Positions 36,988 to 51,800 of a DNA stretch of 64,000 nt are shown piece after piece. The stretch comes from Camelus dromedarius (lineage: Eukaryota). A program made the translations under genes and the position numbers. The DNA lies in NCBI RefSeq assembly GCF_036321535.1, contig NC_087437.1, forward strand, positions 83,392,001 through 83,456,000. Reading direction: 5' to 3'. Every line of letters starts with the position of its first letter. Position 1 is the stretch's first letter. A model generated the notes under the pieces. It was not told the DNA's origin, did not search any database, and saw only the letters and a program-made list of their open reading frames with translations.

Positions 36988-37630
36988 CTTTTTTTCAATT
37001 GAAATATAATCAGTTTACAATGTTGTGTTAATTTCTACTGTGCAGCATAATGTTTCAGTCATACATATACATACATATATTCGTTTTCATATTCTTTTTC
37101 ACTATAGGTTACTACAAGGTATTGAATATAGTTCCCTGTGCTGTACAGAAGAAACTTATTGTTCATCTATTTTATATATAATAGTTAGTATCTGCAAATC
37201 TCAAACTCCTGATTTATCCCTTCTCACCCCTTTTACCCCTGGTAACTATAAGGTTGCTTTCTATGTCTGTGAGTCTCTCTTATTTGTAAAAAAAAAAAAA
37301 AAAAAGTTCATTTATGACCTTCCTTTTAGATTCCACATGTAAGTGATATAGTATGGTATTTTTCTTTCTATTTCTGGCTTACTTCACTTAGAATGATGAT
37401 CTCCAGGTCCATCCATGTTGCTGCAAATGGCATTATCTTATTCTTTTTTATGGCTGAGTAATATTCCATTATATAAATATACCACAGCTTCTTTATCCAA
37501 TGTCTGTCAATGGACATTTAGGTTGCTTCATGTCTTGGTTATTGTAGATAGTGCTGCTATGAACAATTGGGGTGCATGTATCTCTTCATATTAGAGTTCC
37601 CTGCAAATATATGCCCAGGAGTGGGATTGA
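36988..37630 (-). mobile_element. L1 3' end (~640 bp), followed by an older L1MB-like fragment (37632-37832)
   Basis: ttacttcacttagaatgatgatctccaggtccatccatgttgctgcaaatggc...atatgcccaggagtgggattg; typical L1 antisense sequence. Confidence 0.9.
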
Positions 37631-40442
37631 CTTTTAATTGTAGTAAAATATATACAACATAGAAATTTTCACCTTAATTGTTTTTAAATGTACAGTTCAG
37701 TAGTATTAAGAACATTTGCATTGTTGTACAGCCAATCTCCAGAACATTTTTGTCTTGCAAAACTGAAACTCTGTACCCATTAAACAACTCCCCATTTCCC
37801 CCTCCTCTGATCCTTGGGAAACCACCATTCTAAGCATCTTCCTTCAAAGGTGCAGTTATCTCAGAGAAGTGTCCCACTTGCCATTCATGTATTTGTGGGA
37901 CAAATGAAAGAGCACAGGATTCGGAGCCAGAAGTGATGCCAAACCTAACTTGCTGGCTCTGTGTTCCAGACTGTCTCCTAAACCTCATTCTGTATTTGCA
38001 AAATGGTGGAATTTCTTCCCTGTTTACCTCACAGGGCTGTTACAAAGGTCAAATGATATAATAAGTGGGTTTGAATTTTTTTCAAACTATAAAGTGCTCC
38101 ACAAATATTAAGTTCCTATTGTGATCAGTGCCCACAGCATATGCTCTGAAGGAGTAGTAGTTTTAATAGGGATAGTGAGAACAGGCTGCTTGAGACCAGA
38201 GCGTGGGATGCTCTGATGAGGGGCAGGGAAGAAGGATACGTGTGCAGGTTTGGGGGTTAATGAATGGCATCTCTCCCCATCATCCCTGAGCTGGGGAACC
38301 AGTGAGAGAGAGAGATGTGGGAGTCAGGCTGATTGCTGTGATGATGTTATCTTCGTTATTGATAAAGCAGTTTGGAGAAAGTGCCTTAGGTCTGTGAGCA
38401 GGAGATGTCATTATTATTTCATGGCTGTATTAAATGTATTTACTCTCTTGGTCGCTGGTGAAGCTAGATGGTTTAGGACTCTCCCTGTAAGGACAGTTTC
38501 CTTTGCCTTATTTCAGAGAACAAACCAGGACACGAATACAGATCCGAAAGTGAAAACTCAAAAGGGACTGAGCCACATATGCCAGTTCCTTCCTCCAAAC
38601 CCCTAGGATGGAGTGATTGAGGGATGGTAAGAAAGACCAGGACTGTTAGGCTATGGAGTTCCTCCCTATGAAATCGTGAAGTCACGCAAAGCTCATGCCC
38701 TACCGCCACCACCATCACCACCATCGCACACCTGTCCCCGTCACCCCCAGATGCCAAGAGCTGGGAGAGACAAAGGGGCCATCGAAAATTTGTGCCGAGT
38801 GTTGACCTTTTCCCAGAAAGGTGAAAGGAAGCTGATTTCTTTTTTATTCCGTCATCCACATGGTCTCCTAATTCCAGGGCTTAGAACTCAGTCTTCTAAA
38901 ACAGTTACATCTGTATTTAGCTATAATATGCCTTAGCTATGTGCTTATTTGTGGGCTGAAGTGAAAAATTAAAGACCAGCTCTAAAACTGTTTCTGTTGG
39001 AAGAGCCACCTTATAAATTGTGGAAATTAGTAGCCCATTGGTAAATGGTGTACTGCAAGACTTAATCAATTCTATAGATCTAGATTATCATAATGAAGAA
39101 AGAAAATAATATTCTTGTTTTTCAAAGAAGATTACTTCTTCTTTAACATACTAATGACATTGTTGTTAACATAAAAATGTGAATGTCCATTGGGACGACT
39201 CAGCAGTGTTCTGGGTGCCTAGCAAAACCGCCAAGGAGACTATACGTATTTACTCCATCCTTAGATCAAGAGTTTAATATATTATTGTTATCATTGGCTA
39301 TTAGTAATTCAGTCTTGATGCCATTTCATGTTTATTTTACACATTTACATTTTACTGTGGAAAGATTCTGCAACTAAAACAAAAAGGGACAACATAATTT
39401 GAGTATCAGTCCCTGGTTAGTTTACTTACCACACAAAATAGTCCCCATGTCTCTTGAATTCAGTAAAATACTAGGGTTTTGAATCACTATGAACCAAATA
39501 CATGTTTTGGCAGAATTTACTCTGCAGTGTCCAATTTGAATTCTGAATATTTACATCCAGTAGTAGCCTACCCATGTTTGTTCATTTTTTTAACTTCCCT
39601 ATAGATCAAGAAGTGATTTTGTTTTCTCAGAAAGCAATTAGTAACAGCTGCTTCCTAGACACAGCTCTGTACCAGTGAGAACCATTATCTCCCTTAGAGT
39701 AAAACCTTAAAGAAAAATGGTAGTTTAGATTCAATCAGGCAGTGGAGCCAAAAAGCACTGATAATTCATTCCTTCCAAAAAATAAGCCAATTTCAAGTTG
39801 TTTAATTCAGCTATGTTGGTAACACTCATAGGTAAATTTTCAGCAAAAATGGAAAGGTTTGGCCAATTTGCATTTTAAAAGAGCAGTTAAAATCATTCCC
39901 TACTCCCACCCCAGATTTAAGCATAAATGGATCATCAGATGATATTGTTCTGTTTGGGACCGAAAACACACTGATTGGGCATACTGCTATGTTTTCTGCG
40001 AAGGGGAAAAATACAATGAAAGACAAATCCAATTGGCTTATATTAGTCTTCTGATAAATCATATTCAATTTTAACTCACAAACTTACGGCAAATTCATAC
40101 TACTCAGAAACAATGTTCCCTTCTTGGGAAACACACATGGAGTGTAACAGTCTATCGGGCCAGGAACTAAATTAGAACACATTGGCAATTATAGTCGTGA
40201 TACATTTATTTGTCATAATGCACATCTCTCTCTCTCTCTCTAAATACCTATTAAAAATGGGTCTCTAAGATGATGTTTTCCATTTATTATGAACATGACT
40301 TTTAATCAGACACCAGAAACAAAATCAGAATTCTGTTCTTTAAAATAAGCAAAACATTCTTAACATTTATTGAAACTATGTTTAAAATCTGATTGTTTAG
40401 ACTTTTACTGTAATTCCTCCTCCTAAAACCATATTCATGACT

Positions 40443-40449
40443 TACTAAC
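40443..40449 (+). other. Consensus branch point TACTAAC of the last GABRR3 intron
   Basis: Perfect TACTAAC; branch A at 40448 is 19 nt before the exon start at 40467. Confidence 0.7.
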
Positions 40450-40466
40450 AAAAGTCTCTTTGTCAG

Positions 40467-40769
40467 ATTTCTGGAATGTACAATATTGATGCAGCTCGAG
40501 CCATGGCCTTTGATGGTTGTTACCATGACAGTAAGACAGACATGGACCAAACTTCCTTTTCTCTCCACTCAGAAGAGGACTCCATGCAAGGAAGATTCAC
40601 AGGCAGCCCCAGCATAGATTCACCTTGGATAAAGAGAAGACAACCCCTAGGAGGGCATGTTGGTAGAATCATCGTGGAGAACAACCATGTCATTGACTCC
40701 TATTCACGGATTTTATTTCCCATTGTGTACATTACATTTAATTTGATTTACTGGGGTATCTATGTGTAA
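40467..40769 (+). CDS. GABRR3: GABRR3 last coding exon, M3-M4 loop and M4 (ISGMYNIDA...IDSYSRILFPIVYITFNLIYWGIYV*)
   Basis: tgtcAG|att acceptor; ORF 40476..40769; M4 motif ID.YSR..FP; TAA at 40767-40769. Confidence 0.98.
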   Translation: MSGMYNIDAARAMAFDGCYHDSKTDMDQTSFSLHSEEDSMQGRFTGSPSIDSPWIKRRQPLGGHVGRIIVENNHVIDSYSRILFPIVYITFNLIYWGIYV

Positions 40770-41088
40770 AGAGGAATTCTCAATGTATAAAACTTGTTTT
40801 GGAGTCAGATTATGTTTAAAACAACAACGACAAACAATTCTTAACTATGAGTTGGACGATACTAGACTAAACTGGAGTCAGCCATCTATTCTGGCCCAAA
40901 GAAGGCTTGAAAGTTGACTAATTTCCATCTTGGAAAAAATTTAAGGTCCCAGGAGAATTTGACACCATCAATAAGAGTCACAGGCATGTATGTTATGGAA
41001 AAACAATTTTCATGGGGAAGAGCTTTGTAACTACTTCATCTGGATTCTGCTTGCTTTCTGAATGTAAATTACCAGCATTTAACTAAGG

Positions 41089-41094
41089 AATAAA
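41089..41094 (+). terminator. Candidate GABRR3 polyadenylation signal (further AATAAA at 41575 and 41582)
   Basis: First AATAAA I found after the stop codon, ~320 nt downstream. Which signal is used cannot be determined from sequence. Confidence 0.4.
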
Positions 41095-44000
41095 GCTGGA
41101 CTATGACAGTAATTCAAGGAGAGTTTGTTCCTCAGTGCCAGCCAAGTGCCAGATTACCTAACAGAGCTGAATCCTTCTAAAGATGAACATCAGCATCAAG
41201 GTGGTACCATGGACAGTCACCAGCTGAGATTCCCACAAAGAGCCTCTCTTGTCCATATCCAATCAAGTCTTTTATCTTATTTTACTATTAAGTTTCATAT
41301 ATTGTTGAGACCAAGGGGGACAAAAAAAAAATCTAAACTTCACTCAATCTTACCATCCTAATGTTAAAGTAATATGTCAATCTTCAATAATAGCATCTTG
41401 TATTTTGTAGTTAGGTACAGCTTTCATAGATTTTTGGAGGTAGTTACTTTAGTCACCAAATGTTTATTGGCCTCCTACACGTGCCAGCCACTTTATTTGG
41501 TGAAATGAATACAAAATAACATTCCTGCCGTCAGCGAGTGCACAGCACAGTAAGAACAGTGAACTGGTAGCTACAATAAATAATAAATGGAATGTATGTT
41601 AAAATAGAGCTAAATACACTGTGCTGCCTGGGTCTGAAAAGCAGATATTGAAAGGAGAAAAAGAATATCCATGAAGGAATGTGGACTCTCAAATTATAAG
41701 CAAGTGAAGATGCTTCCATTCCAGTCATGGTATTGAGTTAAAAATGGAATGAAATTTATATATCCCCATAGCAATCTTTAGTAACTTTGCTTGAACCAAA
41801 TAAATCAGGTCAAGTGGATATTTGATAAAGGTTTGTTAAGTAGAAAAATCTCCAATGATAAGCATTCATTTTGTAGATTGACAGTGTATGTGCTTTTGTG
41901 TTGAGTATTTATGAAAAAGAGCCCATTTAAAGATAAGCCCTTGGGAGGACGTATGAAATATTTCCCATCCTATTTTGATTACTGGTATTGAATTAAGGGA
42001 AATAAATTACTGGTGTATTACTTTCAGTGTCTTAGCATTTATTTACCAGAGAGAGAACTAAAGTGATTTTAATTATTTCATACCAGGTGAAGATGACTTC
42101 CTGCTTGTTTACCAGTAACATTGGTTTTGGTTCTCTGCTGTGAATGACATAAGGTTCTAGAAACTTATTTTCCTCTTGAGTGCAAAAGATTTAAAGGCAA
42201 ATTCTTTCTCTACTGTGACTTTCCTCATGGGCAGGCTAATTCTGGGGTACTTCATTCTATTTTCTTAATACAATCTTTCCAATTCTTTCAAAACTTTCCA
42301 AAGATTCTGTTTTTCTAGGAAAGGGTCCCAAATTGAGCTGATATAATTTATTTAAAACCTTTCTCTTTAATTGAAGATAGACTATAAATAAATTTTAAAA
42401 CTACTTATTTAGTAGCATTTAGGCTTGATGTAAAATTTCTACATTTTCTAGAATTTTCAAAATACAGAACAGATTAATATCCCAGGTGGTTCTTTGGAAA
42501 TTCGTAGCCATTATTTCAGCAAAGCACTACAGTTGGATTAATATTTCTGATTCTGACATACTCTGTATATAATTGATGCAAAAAAAAAAAAAAAAGAAGA
42601 AGAAGAAGACAAATCTACGAACAGAACAGAATAAATCTACACAGTTCCTTTCTTCTAACTCTCTGGTTTTCCAGACATTGCTGTTTTTTCTTCTACTTTG
42701 AACTATAACATTCAGGATGTCCATTGCTTCCCTTGGGCATATTCATTTCACAATTTGAAATCAAATGCATCACTGAATATATTTGGCAATCTAGACTAGA
42801 AAAATGGGTCCTACTGCACTGCACAAGCACTCAACATTCCTCTTGGGGGGCACTGACGTGCAATTTTTGACCAATCAAATGTAACTTTTGTTAATGTCTA
42901 GAAACACAGTCATTGCATTATTTAGTAATAATTGTCTTAAATATATTTACTGCTCAAGAGAATTATTGGAGTGTTCAGAATGAGTTCCTAGGATTATAGC
43001 TCATTTTCTTCTCAAACCAATGGCTTGTTGAAGACTGTGAGGACAGAGCTGTTCCTGTGAGCTTCATTTCTATAGGGCAGCAGCAAGTTTTCTGGTTCAG
43101 TTCTTATTTCACGAAGAATAAAATCACAGTTACCTGGGAAATCTGTGAGTGACAGACAGCACACAATAGTTACCTCATCGTGATTTTCACTTCATTTACT
43201 GATCACAATCCGGAACAGACTGTGTGTGATTGTTCACTGAGAGATAAGCTTGGATAAAATGCGAGGATTTCAGAAAATAAGTTGCTTTCCAAGATTAAGA
43301 AAAAGCCAGCCAGCTCTATAAACTGTCTAAATACAGAAACTGGCTATGTTATAAGGACTGCTCCGAAAAACCTTTAAAAAGATAGATTTTTAACTTAAAT
43401 TTATTGCTTTTGATCTGATTACAAAAGAAATATAATTTCATTTTAAAAATTAAAAATGCTAATTCGCAAAAATATCCACTCAAAATTAAGCAGTTTACAT
43501 TTTAATGTATATTCTTAGAGTTTTTCTATGCATAACATATTTTTCTAGTGGAATCACTTTGTATGCTTTCCTTTGTTAACATAAACTGTTATGCCATCCA
43601 AACACTGCAAGGGATACAGTAATGAAAGATGGACACTCCCTGACTCATTGAATGCACATTCCATTTGAAAATGTGTCCAAATTATGCCATTTGTAACCAG
43701 GTTTTCTTCTCCAAGCAAAACTTTTTCAATTTGTTTAATTTTTTTCATAGACAACTATGCCATGTTTTCCTGTGAACTAATTTTAATACGCTGCTGAGAA
43801 ATCTACTGAGTGAGTATGCCGTAGTTTACTTAACCCATCTCCTGTGGGACATTTTCTTTAATTTCCCTTGGGTAATATTATAATGGCTGCAATTAGCAAC
43901 ATAGATAATATTTAGATGTGAAATTGTTGTAGAAACAAGTGAAATTTCTGGCCTTATCCAAATTTCAGCATTTCTTTCTTTTATAAGAATCCCTGTTTGC

Positions 44001-44828
44001 CTTTGGAATCTGCCATGTCAGACTCATCTATTTGTCCGGATGCTCTGGGGTACAGATCACTGTAACTGAAGGAACTTTAAAATTTTTAGTTTATGTTTTC
44101 TCCCAAAGCAGAGCCTACATACATGTATATATAGGTATATATATCCACTGGCATTCCCTTTATATAAAAGAAGTTTCAGCATTGTATAAAATACTTACAT
44201 GACAGGAATTCTATTTGTTGAAGTCCTGCTTCCTTCCATGACTGTTATTGCCACCACAAGCCACCTTTGTTAAGTAGGTAAGTAACTGAAGTTGCAAACA
44301 TTTGCATATGAGTTGCTACAAAATCATAATTTATGTTTACGTTGTCTTAATCCTTGCAGGTGGGTTAGTTTTCATGAATAAGGTCTCTCATTTTGTGCCA
44401 CTCTTAAACCTGTTCAAATCACATAACACATACACATACATATAATTTTTTTTTTAAATGGAGATTAATGAGGAAAGGGATTATATCTAATCTTATTATC
44501 ATGATTAAGGTCAAAATGCCAATGAGATTAAATAACATCCTCTAAAAAGCAGGGGAAAGAGGTGGTGAGGGAATTGCTGTTTCAACAACAATTCTGAACC
44601 TGGTGCTGCTATTTCCTGGCGAGGCCTCGGGCAAAGCAATCAGTGTTACACTCCAACTGCCTCCTTTATGAACGGAGCCCCTCCTCTGTCCTCGTAAACG
44701 CTGCCTTAAAACACTTGACCAAACTGTGAAGTCCTGCCTCATTTCAAAGTCACATCACTTTCCCACTGCTACGTGACTTTCCTGGATTTAACGAAGAATA
44801 TAGAACTTGAACTTTTTTTTTTCCCTCT

Positions 44829-45129
44829 TGTAAAGAAATAATGAAAGACTAAATGCACGAGATTAAGGAGATGATTTTCAGGCTATTGCAATAGGAAGGG
44901 TGTTCATTAATGAGGAACATCTCAGAGTAAAGGAAGGGGGTCGAGAACTCCAAAGAGGCAGATAAACAAAGGGGTCACACCCACTCAGGAAAGGTATTGG
45001 TGGGTCTTATCTCAGAATGTATGAGAGCAAGGTGGCTACTTCCCAGAAGATGAAACAGTGGGGGGATTTTTCAACCTTTGCTGTACTTTCTAAGAACACA
45101 AGGGCTTCAGGAAAAGTTCACCATTGTCA
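44829..45129 (-). mobile_element. Probable ERV solo LTR
   Basis: TG...CA termini (tgtaaaga...attgtca) and LTR-like 'caggctattgcaatagg'; family not identified. Confidence 0.5.
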
Positions 45130-46842
45130 GTTGTCCTTCCATTTCAATCCACTGCTGAATCATAATGCTTTTTGGTGGATGATGGGACCAAGTGAAAATA
45201 GATTTCACAGTCACTGGGAAAAATTATGAATTTTCTTTTCAATATATCAATACTTAATTTGTTGAAGGAAAAACTGAACTATGTTTTATTATCAACTAGG
45301 TCATTTGAAGGATGAGCTATTACTTTTAATCCTAGGATCAGTACAATTCATTATAAAAACTTATTTTCTACGAGAGAGCTTCAAAGGCTTTCTACCAAAT
45401 TGTGCTGCTCGTTGATCTCTTCTTGCCTTAGGCAATCAAAAGTCAATGACATTATAATGTCATTAGCAACAATTTAAAAATCTATTGTGAGGTAATAAGA
45501 CTTTCTGAAGTTTGATATAGAAGCCTGTGTCCTTTAAAAGTGACGTATGTTCTGATATTTCCAAAAAGACTAGTGGATTGAACAAGGCTTCCTAAGAAAG
45601 GAAGTGCTTGCACCCACACTTATTTCTTCTCTTCCTTCTTCAGAGAACATTAATGCAGGTGTTTCCAGCATTTTGCACTTTACAAAAAGTGCTAAAAACA
45701 CAAACCCACACATCAAACAAATTTTTAGAGCTATCACACCTCTCCAAAATAACTTAAAATGTGTTTTGTTAATTAGGTTGTATCCTGGGTGAGGTCATAT
45801 TTAAATTAAATCTTGGATCAAGGTGAAAGGAGGCATGGGACCTGATACACAGCTTTTAAATAAATATGCAATTCATATTTATTTGAAAGAGGAGACAGTT
45901 TTGTGAAAATGAACACTTATATTTAATATGACTTATATGGATAATATGTACTTGAAGTAGGAGAGAAAAATAAGGCAAAGGAAAGAGAAGGGTGGAAGGT
46001 AAAAATGTACTTGAGCCACAAAATGAACTACTTGAAGTCCCGTATATCTTGGGGAAGTATTTGGATTTGAATGTAGAGTTGATTATATTTGACTATTTTG
46101 GATAATATCCTTGTCTAGATGAATGCAACCAGGTGATTTATAGCTCATTCCCACAAAAGATGTTGTGTCTTTGAGCAATCAAAACAATTAACCTACATAT
46201 TGGTCACTAAGTAATCAGTACAACATACTATCTTGAGGGACAACCAACCCATTTCAAATTACTCTCTCATGACTCTCATTTACCCCTTTTATGCAGTGAA
46301 TTTACTAGTGGAATTTCTGGTGAGTTCTACTTGGTTAACATGGGTTACCCATTTCTCATACTACTGAACCCTTGTTTTATGTGAAACAAGCTGAGCTAGT
46401 CAGGGGTATAGACAGAAAATGGCTGTATTTTTCATCAATAATTGTCAAACGTGTTTTATGGACGACTCCTTCTCTGCCCCTTGCTGACTTCTCAGGTGGA
46501 TCCCATTGCTTTTTGGGTACTTTGAGTTATCAATCAATCAATACATACATACCCAACACTCACTTTGATGAGAGCGATGATAATTTTCAGGTGGAAAGCC
46601 TAGACTGAGTCAAGTCTGTTTTCCCTCCCACAGCTTGGCCCCCACCCTGATCTGAGGAAACTGCCTGAGGAAGAAGGGCGAACTTGCCCTTTAATACAGG
46701 CCTCTCTCCCACCCTCCTCCATTCCACCTGGTTCGGGGCCCAGGAACGGATGGAGAGGGTTAGGGAAAGAGCTGGCAAGTCTTTTACTTAAATGATATGT
46801 ACTTCAGCTCTTTTAGTCTGTTGATGTCCTCTGGGTGGCAGG

Positions 46843-47671
46843 CAGAGCCTACTTCTGGGGCATGAAACCAGTGCCTTCACACAGGGCCTCACCCTCAGGG
46901 TTAATGCTCTGCAGCTGCCATCTTGAAATTCTTAATAATGTCTTCTTTGGATCTGTTCTGTAAGTGAAGTCCTTTGGGAACAACAAGCATGGACCAGGGC
47001 TTGGCACATGCAGTTCTGCCTCCCATCCTGTGAGATGGGTTCTGGACCTCACTTTCTCACCTCCCTCTCCGTTCTCTACCCAATGCAGAGGCTGGTACAC
47101 AGATGCAGGGTGGTTTGGGACCAGTGCACACATCTCAAACCCTGTAACCACCCTGGGCTGGCAGCGCCATGGTGAGTTTGGAGGATGGCTGGACTGGAAC
47201 AAGCCTCTCATCACCCCTGATCCAGGTAAGGAGTGGTCCCTGGGTGGAAGGTTGCAATCCCCTGAGGGTTGCTGGTTTGCTGTGAGTTGGGGCCATGACC
47301 AGTGCATCAGGGGGTGGTATCCCAACCCCTGGCCAGAGCACAGTAGTGTCGGTCCAGCAGTTAGCAGGTGGGGGAACTCGACAGCCTGTGGGCCAGAGGC
47401 TCCTGTGCCTACCTGGGTCCCAGTGGCACTGTAGGGCCCTCCCACGCCCCTGAATGTCTGCACTCACCTTTCAGGTATTTCTGTGCTTGCGAGAGCATGA
47501 CTTTAAATGGCAAATTAAAAACAACACTACGATAGTGAAGAGAGAGACTGCAAAAGAAAGGAACCACTTTATATTTTAGTACCTTTAATGACTGTTTCCC
47601 CCTACTTTTGGACCAAGGAGCTCCACATTTTCATTTTGCACTGAGCCCCGCCCATGACGTAGCTGGTCCTG
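46843..47671 (+). mobile_element. MER45B/C-like hAT-Tip100 DNA transposon
   Basis: Start ...gttaatgctctgc...catcttgaaattcttaataat and end cacattttcattttgcactgagcccc...gtagctggtcctg match recalled MER45 termini. Confidence 0.78.
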
Positions 47672-48444
47672 GTAACGTGTAGAAGCTTTCAAAGGACGCA
47701 GCTGAAAGTTCTTTTAGAGCCTTTCAACTGATCTGACTGACCTCCTGTGGCCCCACACCTCCTTCTCTGTTTATGCCAGTGGACCCTGCTGTCCCATAAT
47801 GCTTGGCCTTCACCACCTGCTATGTCACTCTCTTTGGCACCTTCCAGGTGGACCAAATGCAGATACTTTCTACAGCACTGCCTCAGCCCAGAGGATACGC
47901 AAGGATCCTTGACATAACAAAGGGTGTTTGAGCACTTGCCGCACGCTGCCTTTTGGCCTCCGAGTGCCGCCTCCTTCTTCAGGGTCCTCCAGGCAAGAAG
48001 CAGCCACTTGTTCACAAATCATCCCCAAATTCCCACAACCGTGTCTCAGAGACCCAAGAGCTTTGGAACTACACTCAGATATTCTCTGATAGGAGCCCTG
48101 AAACAGAGCAGCAGATCCCACAGCTCAGCAAGCAGCTGGCTGGGGACTCCCCTGCAGGTGCCCCCAGTCTCTCTGCTGGGCTCTGGAGTCCCTATCACCT
48201 GGCTTGGTGGGAGGAAGGAAAATGCTACAGCGAGCTCCACTGGGCTGATGATCTGCTCTTCTATGTTCTCTACTTCCACAGATTTCCCTTAAATTTCCAG
48301 TCTTTGTACTCTGAAGGTGGATGATGCTCATGGAATCTGCTCGGGCCCTTTTAGTGAGTCCTACAGGGCATTGTCTCTGGAGAAATGTGGTACTTAACTG
48401 CAGCACAGTGTGAGGTTAAAAGCTGGGTGGGGGTTACCACTAAA

Positions 48445-48810
48445 GCAGTGGTGAGACATTTTGGGCTGTCACAGCTTGGGTGCAGGCACTATTGGCATCT
48501 GGTGGGTAGAGGCCAGGGATTCTGCTAAACATCCTGTGACACACAGGACAGCCAAGTCTCAGGGGCTAATAACACCCAGGTTAAGAAAGCCTGCTCTAGA
48601 GCCAGACTGACTGGAGTAACATCTCGGTTCTGTCTCCTGCTACTCTGTGACCTTTGACTAATAACTTAGTCTCCTGGGGCCTCAGTTTCCTCACATGCAA
48701 AATGAGGAGAATTATAGCATCTTTTTCACAGGTTTTTGTGTGGACTAGTAAGTTTGAGTACAAAGGTTAAAAAAATGCCTGGAAAATGGTAGGTGGTGAA
48801 CAAATATGAC
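48445..48810. mobile_element. MER20 MITE (48445-48595) followed by MIR (48596-48810)
   Basis: ggcatctggtgggtagaggccagggattctgctaaacatcct (MER20); gcctcagtttcctcacatgcaaaatgagga (MIR). Confidence 0.8.
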
Positions 48811-51800
48811 TGTCTCCTGTTTTGGGGCTTTCGCTGAAATATCATGTAAAAACCCCATTAGGTCTACTCCTATACAAGTTATTTTATTGCAGTTTATACA
48901 TTCATTTTTATAAATAAAATTACAGTCTCTGTAATTTTCTTTTTTAAGGTTATCTTTCTTTTCTATATTTAGAAGCAGTTTGTGTATATTTTCCTTTTCC
49001 TTGATAGTTAAAAAACATCTGTAGACCTGTCAGTTCCTGGCAACTACCACACTGGAGATCAGTTGGTTGGTCATAATTAGGTCATTTTGATAAATTTTTA
49101 AAAAGAAAATAAGTAAACTAATGTACAATCACTATGCCGAAGTTCTCTCATCCATCTGTACATTATTTTTAGTCTCCCAGGAAACATTTTCAATAGGAGC
49201 TTGTTTACTTTTTAACGAGGCAATCCAATAAGTATGAACAGAGAGCACTTGTGCAGGAGTGTATCTTATTTTTATAAGAATCACAGACAACTCTATTTCA
49301 GGTTTAGAGGTAACATATTAAGTAACAAAACATCTCCATGAGGAAAAGTCATTGGCTGAAATCCAAGGTGTGTTTTAACATGTGCTGAGCTGCTGGAGAA
49401 GGGAAATCTGCAGTATCATTTCATTTAAAAAGTTATACAGCCTAATAACTGATTTTCCTATATGCACAGGCTCTAAAAGGAATTAGATAGTAAGTAAGAA
49501 AATGGGAATACTAGCTCAATTCACTTTTGTAAACACTGAGTAGCTACAATGCAAAGTTCTGTTCTAGTTCTCAGAATGGAAGAAAACAATTTCCTGCCTC
49601 TAAGACATGTAAAACAGACATAGTTATAGATATATGTAAAATATAATTCCAAACAGTGATGGTATGCTTTTTTCAAGTTAAATATATTGATTTCCATGAG
49701 GTATATGTCACAACTAAAAATTTGGATGATCTCAGCCTGGATCATCACTCCCCCTCCCCTACAAAAGGCTCTTCTGAAATTACCACAATCCCAAAATTAT
49801 TCCATGGTGATAAGCATGTCAGGTTGAAGCTGCCTTGCTTGATGAGTCTTGTCAATGAACTGAAGCATATATGTGTAAAAGGCTCAACTGCATTTAATTC
49901 ATTCTGTGGATCACGTTCAAGATGATATAAAGGATTTAACAACAATGCCTCTCAGGTGAATCACATTTTATGGTTTTAAAACTTTTCTGCTTACTCTCTC
50001 TCACCTGAGACTCACAATAGCTTTATGAGTTAGGCAAAATTAACCACTTTTACAGATGCAGAAAAAGGAGGCAGAGAGGATCAGTAGTTAGGCAGCATGG
50101 GCTTTAGATTTAAGTCTCAGATCTGCTATTCAATGTCCATAATTTTGAGCAAGTTATTTAACCTTGCTATGCCTCAGTTTATATATTTACATATATTTTA
50201 TATATTTATAAATATAATCAGTCTATTTATATATCTATATCTATGTCTAATGCTGTTTATAAAAAGGATAATAATGGTATAGATATAAAATGAAGTCATA
50301 TATAAGAAAGAAATTATTTAGATATTTTCTGGACCAAAGTGAATACAAGTACGTAAAGGGCACCATTCACATAGTTTAAAACCATGTGTGTGCCTTCTAG
50401 AGTTCTGCAATGCAGCAGCCCTGCAAATTAAAAGAAAGTTTTAAAACAAAAAACTTTAATGTACAAATACTAGTCATTTTACAAGTTCATCAATGTTTAT
50501 AGATGCATGAGTGATTCCAACCAGACTGATTTTTCTCCTAACACCCTGTGGAACTCGGTGCACAGACCCTTAGGATCACAGAATTTGAGAGTCAGTAGGG
50601 ACAACGCAGAACATCTGGCTTGGTCTCGTTTTATAAATGAGGAAACTGGGCGTTAGCAAAGAGAGAGAGTTGTCCGAGTTCATATACTTGGTGGCCTCTC
50701 CCCCCGAGGTAGACCCAACAACCTTAAAAAGTACACTCGCACACCATGTTTCTTAGATTGTTTGTGGCCAGCTGCACTTTGACTGGAGGTGGAGGTAGGA
50801 CAGGGGTGCATGTTTGCAGCCTGACCCCTGGGCAGGTCAGGCCTGGTGGAGTCACAGTGAGGAGGCTAAAATCCTAAGGATCTCCCAGAACAGCCAAGGA
50901 GGAGGCCACAGAGAAGGATGACAAACCTGGGTCTGAAAAGAACTTTTAACAAAGCAACCCCAAGGGTACGAACATAAAGGACCTCTGCAGGAGTGTAACT
51001 TAGTTTTGTAAGAATCACAAACACATCTGTTCAGGGTTTATGTCCAAGACAAGACAAGAAGGGAATTCTCTACCTTCTCCTGTCATCTTGGCATGTTGTT
51101 CCCAGGATCTGCAGGAGGATCCCAAGTTGATTGATTCAGAAATCTGGGGACTTCTAGGCAGGTCTGAGTGGCTGAGCCAACCCTGACTATCTATGACACT
51201 GTTTTCATGAGAAAGTGAATTATGGAAAGGAAATAATTGACTTTTTAATGACTCTTGGAATAAATAAGTTGGGGACTGGGTAGTATTCCTTTTCTTATCT
51301 TCTGGCAGAGCTTTTAAACTCAACTAACTAAAAGCAAAAGATGAAAAAGAAGGTATTGGAAACAGTATATTAGGAATGCCATAGATGCTAGAAGCTCCCT
51401 GGGCAAGTTAATGAGCCACTGGCCACCCTCAACCCCCATCTCCCTCACATCCGCTCCTTCCTCCTTTGCTTTATAGACATGCCAGGCACCATGTTTAGGT
51501 CCGAAGATCATGACTTTTTTGCTTGCCATACTAAGAAATCTGGACTATAATGAAAATATCAGAGAGAATACTGAAAGACTAATTTTGCATCAGGGGAACT
51601 GCTAGATACGATGTATGATTTTCCCTAGCAGAGCTGACTTCAATATGTGCTTTGTTCTGTTAGACATCCTAGGTACTATTCTATATGCCAAGAAATAGTT
51701 TTTTGTGTTGACATTGGAACTTTTCTTTATGACAGACACAAAGTACTGCTTTTCCATGTAATGGACAAGGGTGAGAATTTACCATTTTCTGAATCCCTGT

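Noticed and set aside
46849..47467. Overlapping 204-, 156- and 110-aa ORFs
   Set aside because: They lie inside a GC-rich MER45-like non-autonomous transposon and show no recognisable domain.
47689..48406. Dense overlapping ORFs on both strands, possible retropseudogene
   Set aside because: No recognisable protein in any frame and no poly(A) or TSD; explained by raised GC content. A BLASTx would settle it.
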